A DNA stretch of 64,000 nucleotides from an uncultured cyanobacterium (lineage in GTDB: Bacteria > Cyanobacteriota > Cyanobacteriia > Cyanobacteriales > CAWCAG01). The stretch covers positions 224,001 to 288,000 of the forward strand of contig CAWDOD010000010.1 of NCBI GenBank assembly GCA_963803805.1. The letters are read 5' to 3'. Positions 59,992-64,000 of this stretch are shown piece by piece (the first letter of the stretch is position 1; each line of letters begins with the position of its first letter). Made by a program: the position numbers and the translations under genes. The notes under the pieces were generated by a model. It made no database searches, had not been told where the DNA came from, and saw only the letters and a program-made list of their open reading frames with translations.

Positions 59992-60776
59992 GATTATAGG
60001 GTCTAATTACAATATCTTTTAGGATATCTCCAGACTTCTACTTGGAGCTAAATAAATTTGTCAGAAACTAGTTTCTCTATAGTTTTTTACTCAGGAAATG
60101 CTTAAAGGTAAAAGATATTACATAAACCTGACAGGAATTATTTACTTATTGATAGAATTTGCTGTGGTTAGTAATTAGATAAGCTAGCTGTTTGTGAAGT
60201 ATAGACATCAATCTACGTCTTCTTGCGTAAGAGAATTTGCCGTTTCCGCCATAAATAAACTACCATGAAGAAAAAGTAAGCAAATTACCTCTTCAACTAG
60301 CTTACAAAACCTTTAAAAAAGAATTATCGATTAAGAAATAAAAGTTATACAAAACAAACGCAATCTTATACCTCACGACATACATGGATGAATAAATATA
60401 GTCATAAGAGCAAATTAAATAGATGTGTTATCTAACTTAAAGTCAGTAGGTGCAGCTACAAATATATTTTCATCTTGATACTTATTAATAAGCCGAGGAG
60501 GTATTCAAAAAGCTATATTCCATGTCTCAAAGCAAGAGTTTTGTTGCAACAAGGGTAAAAGATGTTTTAAGTTCTCAGACCTTACCATCAATGAAGATTG
60601 CTTTTAGAGTAAAGGGCCATACTTTAAAAGGTTAACTTCAACTCAGTTTTGCCTAAGTAAATTAAGGTGCAAAGCTTACACAGACTATGTGTGAGAGGGA
60701 TTCTCATGTCTAAAAATTCCTTTTTCACTAACAATTTGGTTCCATTTCTTTAACGTAAATAATACCAGGTAAATCG

Positions 60777-61598
60777 ATGATTAATTTCAAACAAATTCTC
60801 GCTAGTACCAGCTTAGTTACTGGAGCAGTTGTTTCTATTTCTACCGGTTCTGCTCAAGCTTTCAGTTTCCAAACAGGTGAGGATCTCGGAGGTTGCAATC
60901 CTCTACGCCAAGAAGTTATTGATAAAAACGCTCCCTCTACAAACCTCACAAGCTGTGAAACTACTGATGGTTTTAAGTTAACTGCTGGTTTTGAAGGCAA
61001 TCCTGGCAACGAAACTGATTCACCTCTTCTTGCTGCCAAGAAAGTCAAGGATACTATCGGGCTTGGAGTCAACTTTGACAAAGATCTTAGTAGCAGTAAC
61101 CCAGGAGATTATGGCACAGATGGAGAAATTGATGCTGGGGAATATATCACTTTAGAAGCAACTAAAGGCCCATCTATCTTTGACTATATTGAGCTATCTT
61201 TTCTCTATCAGCCAGGAGTACATAACGATGCTGTCTATGAAATTGCTCTTTTAGAAACTTCCCAAGGGAAAACTGGTACTTTAAGAATTACTGGCAATAA
61301 TACAGCAGAGTACTTATTTAATGGTCAAACAACAATTATTAATGCCCTAAGTTCTTCTACAAAGAATGGTGGTGGTTACTACCGTATTGATAATCCTTTT
61401 GGTGATATCAAAGTTGGTCAAGTCAAGTTCACTGCACCCGGAAATCCTAGTGATAATTCTACTCAGCATGACTACTCTCTCGTAGCAGCTAAAGCTACCC
61501 AAGTTCCTGAACCGGGAAGTGCAGCAGCAGTTTTAGGCTTAGGTGCTTTGTTTGCTAGACGCTCTCGCCGCAAGGAATCAGTTAGTAATATAAAATAG
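60777..61598 (+). CDS. PEP-CTERM sorting domain protein
   Basis: Signal peptide ..AQAFSF; C-terminal VPEP, TM segment and RRSRRK. Confidence 0.9.
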   Translation: MINFKQILASTSLVTGAVVSISTGSAQAFSFQTGEDLGGCNPLRQEVIDKNAPSTNLTSCETTDGFKLTAGFEGNPGNETDSPLLAAKKVKDTIGLGVNFDKDLSSSNPGDYGTDGEIDAGEYITLEATKGPSIFDYIELSFLYQPGVHNDAVYEIALLETSQGKTGTLRITGNNTAEYLFNGQTTIINALSSSTKNGGGYYRIDNPFGDIKVGQVKFTAPGNPSDNSTQHDYSLVAAKATQVPEPGSAAAVLGLGALFARRSRRKESVSNIK

Positions 61599-61666
61599 TT
61601 CAATGTCTGCTGTGGATGATGTGATGATGGGAACCACTAGCATCTAATCTCAGTTGATCAGTAATT

Positions 61667-61703
61667 AAAAAAGAGAGTGGGGTTAGACCCTACTCTCTTT
61701 TTT
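61667..61703. terminator. Bidirectional intrinsic terminator
   Basis: AAAAAAGAGAGTGGGG-ttaga-CCCTACTCTCTTTTTT between convergent genes. Confidence 0.8.
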
Positions 61704-61791
61704 GTAGGTCAAAAGTTATCTAGTTCAGAATAACTTTATCTCTTGCTCTGAGCAATAACTGATAACTGTTCATTGATCATTGAACATTAAT

Positions 61792-62757
61792 TCAATATCC
61801 CGTTTCCTCCTCATATTCCGGAGTTTTAGTTTTCTCTGGAATATTTACCTTTGGTGGGTTGTAGGGTTCATTTTCTACATCGTCGTCCCAAACATCCCCT
61901 TCCACTTCAACAGGTTCGGGTTCGATATAGGCTTCTTGTTCGTAAGTAACCATAGGTTCATCCCCCCAATTACCTTCTTCTTCATATTCTTCCTCTTCAT
62001 AGGGTAAAGGGGCTTCCTGGCGGCGGCGTAAAGGTTGACGTTCTGTATCTTCCCAAGCATCTTCGTCCCAAGTTTCCTCTGGTACTCGCGATCGCGCTTC
62101 AATAGGGCGGGGGGCTTTGGCTGGTACGTCTACAGGTATGCCAGTACCTAATTGATTTTCAGGGTTAGCGACGCGAGGTGATGAGTACATATCTTCTTCT
62201 TGGCTTTCCCAAGGAGGTCTGCCAATACCAACCCTTTCTAAAACTCCTACGGTGAGTTGGCTAAGACGTTCTTCAGAGCCTTCAAAAACGATTAAACGGT
62301 TGGGACCACTGCTAACAATTTCTTCAATGGGTAAAGAGTAGGTACTAAGTACTTGGTCAGGAATTTGTGGTAAACCGATAGAAGCCAGAATCAAAGAAGA
62401 AACTTTACCATCAGCAAGATCAAATTGAAAGTCCCGAACCCGACCAAGAAGTTCACCAGTTTCAGTAATTACTTCGCTATTAATAAGTCGGCTGTAGGCT
62501 TCGACATCTACATCATCAATGACATCTTCGTCTTCTACGAGGATGACATCGCCAGTTTGGATGATACTAGTAAGATACATATACCTGGGCATCCCAGATA
62601 AGGAAATAATACTATCTCGCAAACCAAGGGCCACGACTTCCCTTTGGTCAACATCAACAAGGAGATCCTTGACCACTCCTAGGCGTTTGCCTGTATTGCG
62701 AGTAATGACCTGGGTGTTTAAAAATTCAGCGCGTAGACGGATGTTATCTATTGTCAT
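61792..62757 (-). CDS. PRC-barrel domain protein with acidic tail
   Basis: Two PRC barrels (QVITRNTGKRLG, EVITETGELLG); downstream of smc. Confidence 0.85.
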   Translation of the reverse strand: MTIDNIRLRAEFLNTQVITRNTGKRLGVVKDLLVDVDQREVVALGLRDSIISLSGMPRYMYLTSIIQTGDVILVEDEDVIDDVDVEAYSRLINSEVITETGELLGRVRDFQFDLADGKVSSLILASIGLPQIPDQVLSTYSLPIEEIVSSGPNRLIVFEGSEERLSQLTVGVLERVGIGRPPWESQEEDMYSSPRVANPENQLGTGIPVDVPAKAPRPIEARSRVPEETWDEDAWEDTERQPLRRRQEAPLPYEEEEYEEEGNWGDEPMVTYEQEAYIEPEPVEVEGDVWDDDVENEPYNPPKVNIPEKTKTPEYEEETGY

Positions 62758-62806
62758 TTTTTCCTACAGTGGAAGCTCCCAATCCAATTTCAATATGAAT
62801 AATTGT

Positions 62807-64000
62807 TTAAAGTTTAATTCCTAAAACTTGAGTATAAGCGCCCCTGGCTTGGGTAACACCGATGGTACGTTCGGAAGATTCGATCATCGGTCGTCGCAAG
62901 CTTACCACAATAAATTGTGCTTGTTGGGCCTGCTTTTTGATCATTCTAGCTAATCGTTCGACATTTGCGCCGTCTAAGAACATATCCACTTCATCAAAGG
63001 CATAAAAAGGGGAGGGGCGATAACGCTGTAAGGCGAAGATGAAGCTGAGGGCGGTGAGGGATTTTTCTCCCCCAGACATGGAACTAAGACGTTGTACTGG
63101 TTTCCCTTTGGGGTGGGCAACTAAGTTGAGTCCCCCAGAAAAAGGATCTTCGGTGTTATCTAGTTGCAAGTAACCGTCTCCTTGGGAAAGGGTAGCAAAA
63201 GTGCTTTGAAAGTTTTCGTTAACTGCGTCAAAGGCTTCTTTAAAAGCCCGTAATCTTAAGGTGGTGAAGTTTTCCACCCTTAATAATAATTCAGTACGTT
63301 CTGCTTCTAAGGTGGTTAATTTTTCTGTGAGTTCTTGTAAGCGAGTTTGGGTACGATCATATTCTTCTAAAGCCAGCATATTTACAGGTTCCATGTCCTG
63401 GAGGCGCTTTCCGGAATTACGCAAGTCTTTTTGTAATTTCTCTAGTTGTTCTGTAACGTTAGCAAAAGTGATACCTCCCCCTCCTTGGGGATCAACTAGG
63501 AAAGGAATCTCTGGTAAAGGATTGGGAAGTTCTGCTATTTGGCTAGCTATTTTTTCTTGCAACTCCTGTAATAATTTTCTTTGTTCTTGTTGAGTTTCTT
63601 GAAGTTTTTGGTTACTCCAGGTTTTCTTTTGTTGTTTTAGTTGTAGCGATCGCAGTTTTTCTTCTGCCTGATCCCTAGCTTGTTTAGCGGTTTGTAATTT
63701 TGTGGATAATTGAGCAAGTAATTCTTGAGTTGCCGCAATTTCTTCAGTTACAGCAACAATTCCAGCTTCTACTTCCCCTTCTTTATTAGTAATATTCAAT
63801 TTCTGTTGCTCAATTTCTCCGATTCTCTGTTGAGATTCTTGAGTTTTCTCGGCTAAGCGTTGTGCTTGATTGACTAAATCTTTCAACCGTCCTTCACTAT
63901 CGCGTAAAGTTATCTCCTTTTGCTGTAAACTATGTTCCTGTTCTTGAATAGCTTTACGCATCATCTGCCACTCACTATGGCTTTGAGACTCTTCTAAGGC
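62807..64000 (-). CDS. smc: Chromosome segregation protein SMC, 3' part (runs off the window end)
   Basis: Coiled coil, [17 protein letters not shown] signature, FDEVD Walker B. Confidence 0.95.
   Translation of the reverse strand, partial: ALEESQSHSEWQMMRKAIQEQEHSLQQKEITLRDSEGRLKDLVNQAQRLAEKTQESQQRIGEIEQQKLNITNKEGEVEAGIVAVTEEIAATQELLAQLSTKLQTAKQARDQAEEKLRSLQLKQQKKTWSNQKLQETQQEQRKLLQELQEKIASQIAELPNPLPEIPFLVDPQGGGGITFANVTEQLEKLQKDLRNSGKRLQDMEPVNMLALEEYDRTQTRLQELTEKLTTLEAERTELLLRVENFTTLRLRAFKEAFDAVNENFQSTFATLSQGDGYLQLDNTEDPFSGGLNLVAHPKGKPVQRLSSMSGGEKSLTALSFIFALQRYRPSPFYAFDEVDMFLDGANVERLARMIKKQAQQAQFIVVSLRRPMIESSERTIGVTQARGAYTQVLGIKL

Noticed and set aside
60540-60700. Riboswitch upstream of the PEP-CTERM gene
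   Set aside because: Only a short GCAAAGC match; I could not build the paired stems of a c-di-GMP or other riboswitch.

Overview
64 kb of AT-rich cyanobacterial chromosome, identified by frequent HIP1 GCGATCGC octamers, heptamer tandem repeats, and phycobilisome and carotenoprotein genes. The housekeeping backbone includes a UvrD-like helicase, dusA, mtnA, eno, hom, phosphoketolase, futB/futC, cpcS-cpcG, dapB, moaE, trpD and the 3' part of smc. Accessory modules are interspersed. The strongest candidate for an undescribed system is a tight three-gene operon at 46535-52637: a protein with three tandem winged-helix-like repeats, an AAA+ ATPase, and a DEDDy 3'-5' exonuclease / PD-(D/E)XK nuclease / FtsK-HerA motor fusion. 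Two other candidates are a DUF488-DUF488-dual-OB cassette (29348-31315) and a STAND-type ATPase-HTH regulator convergent with a Tat-exported ferritin-like gene that has phased direct repeats in its promoter (32710-35555). I also found two small genes missing from the ORF track (pirA-like, nblA), a Rof-like gene in a phylum generally lacking Rho, an adjacent CTDH+HCP pair, two MITEs (one with a perfect 8-bp target-site duplication), and several pseudogenes or frameshifts, some of which may be assembly errors. No rRNA, tRNA or CRISPR array was seen. All family assignments come from motif recognition by eye, not database searches.
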